A stretch of 45,671 bases of DNA from the NCBI RefSeq assembly GCF_001194135.2, contig NC_068997.1, positions 523,813 through 569,483 on the forward strand, in the 5' to 3' direction. Of the stretch, positions 45,622 to 45,671 are shown piece by piece. The notes under the pieces are model-generated. The model was given only the letters and a program-made list of their open reading frames with translations. It did no database searches and was not told the DNA's origin. How positions within the stretch are numbered: the stretch's first letter is position 1; every line of letters starts with the position of its first letter. This DNA comes from Octopus bimaculoides (Eukaryota). The position numbers and the translations under genes are program-made.

Positions 45622-45671
<50 letters not shown>

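Overview
This is eukaryotic (metazoan) DNA, not prokaryotic. It is AT-rich, saturated with microsatellites, and broken by about ten N gaps. Three tRNA-derived SINE families match what I recall from octopus genomes, so a coleoid cephalopod is the likely source (recall, not a database hit). Most ORFs in the supplied track are artefacts of microsatellites, SINEs or gaps. No intact host gene can be named. Recognisable content is decayed mobile DNA: a 5'-truncated R4/Dong-type LINE abutting a (TAA)n tract, two CR1-like LINE pieces, an RTE-like piece, three Penelope-like remnants, four mariner remnants, one Tc1-type element with both TIRs, TA target duplications and an apparent DD36E triad, a roughly 3 kb hAT element with BED finger and disrupted transposase, a non-autonomous Helitron-like element, and about 20 SINE copies (some with target-site duplications). 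A few unique islands look like exons or regulatory DNA of an unidentified host gene. The main unexplained structures are a five-repeat/four-spacer array at 18815-19012, a 262-bp inverted duplication (36145/38246), a 97-nt foldback hairpin at 32452, a (TAA)n-centred nest of retroelements at 32.6-33.6 kb, and a phase-compatible chain of candidate small exons at 26.1-31.9 kb. Element boundaries are read by eye and are approximate unless a TIR or TSD fixes them.
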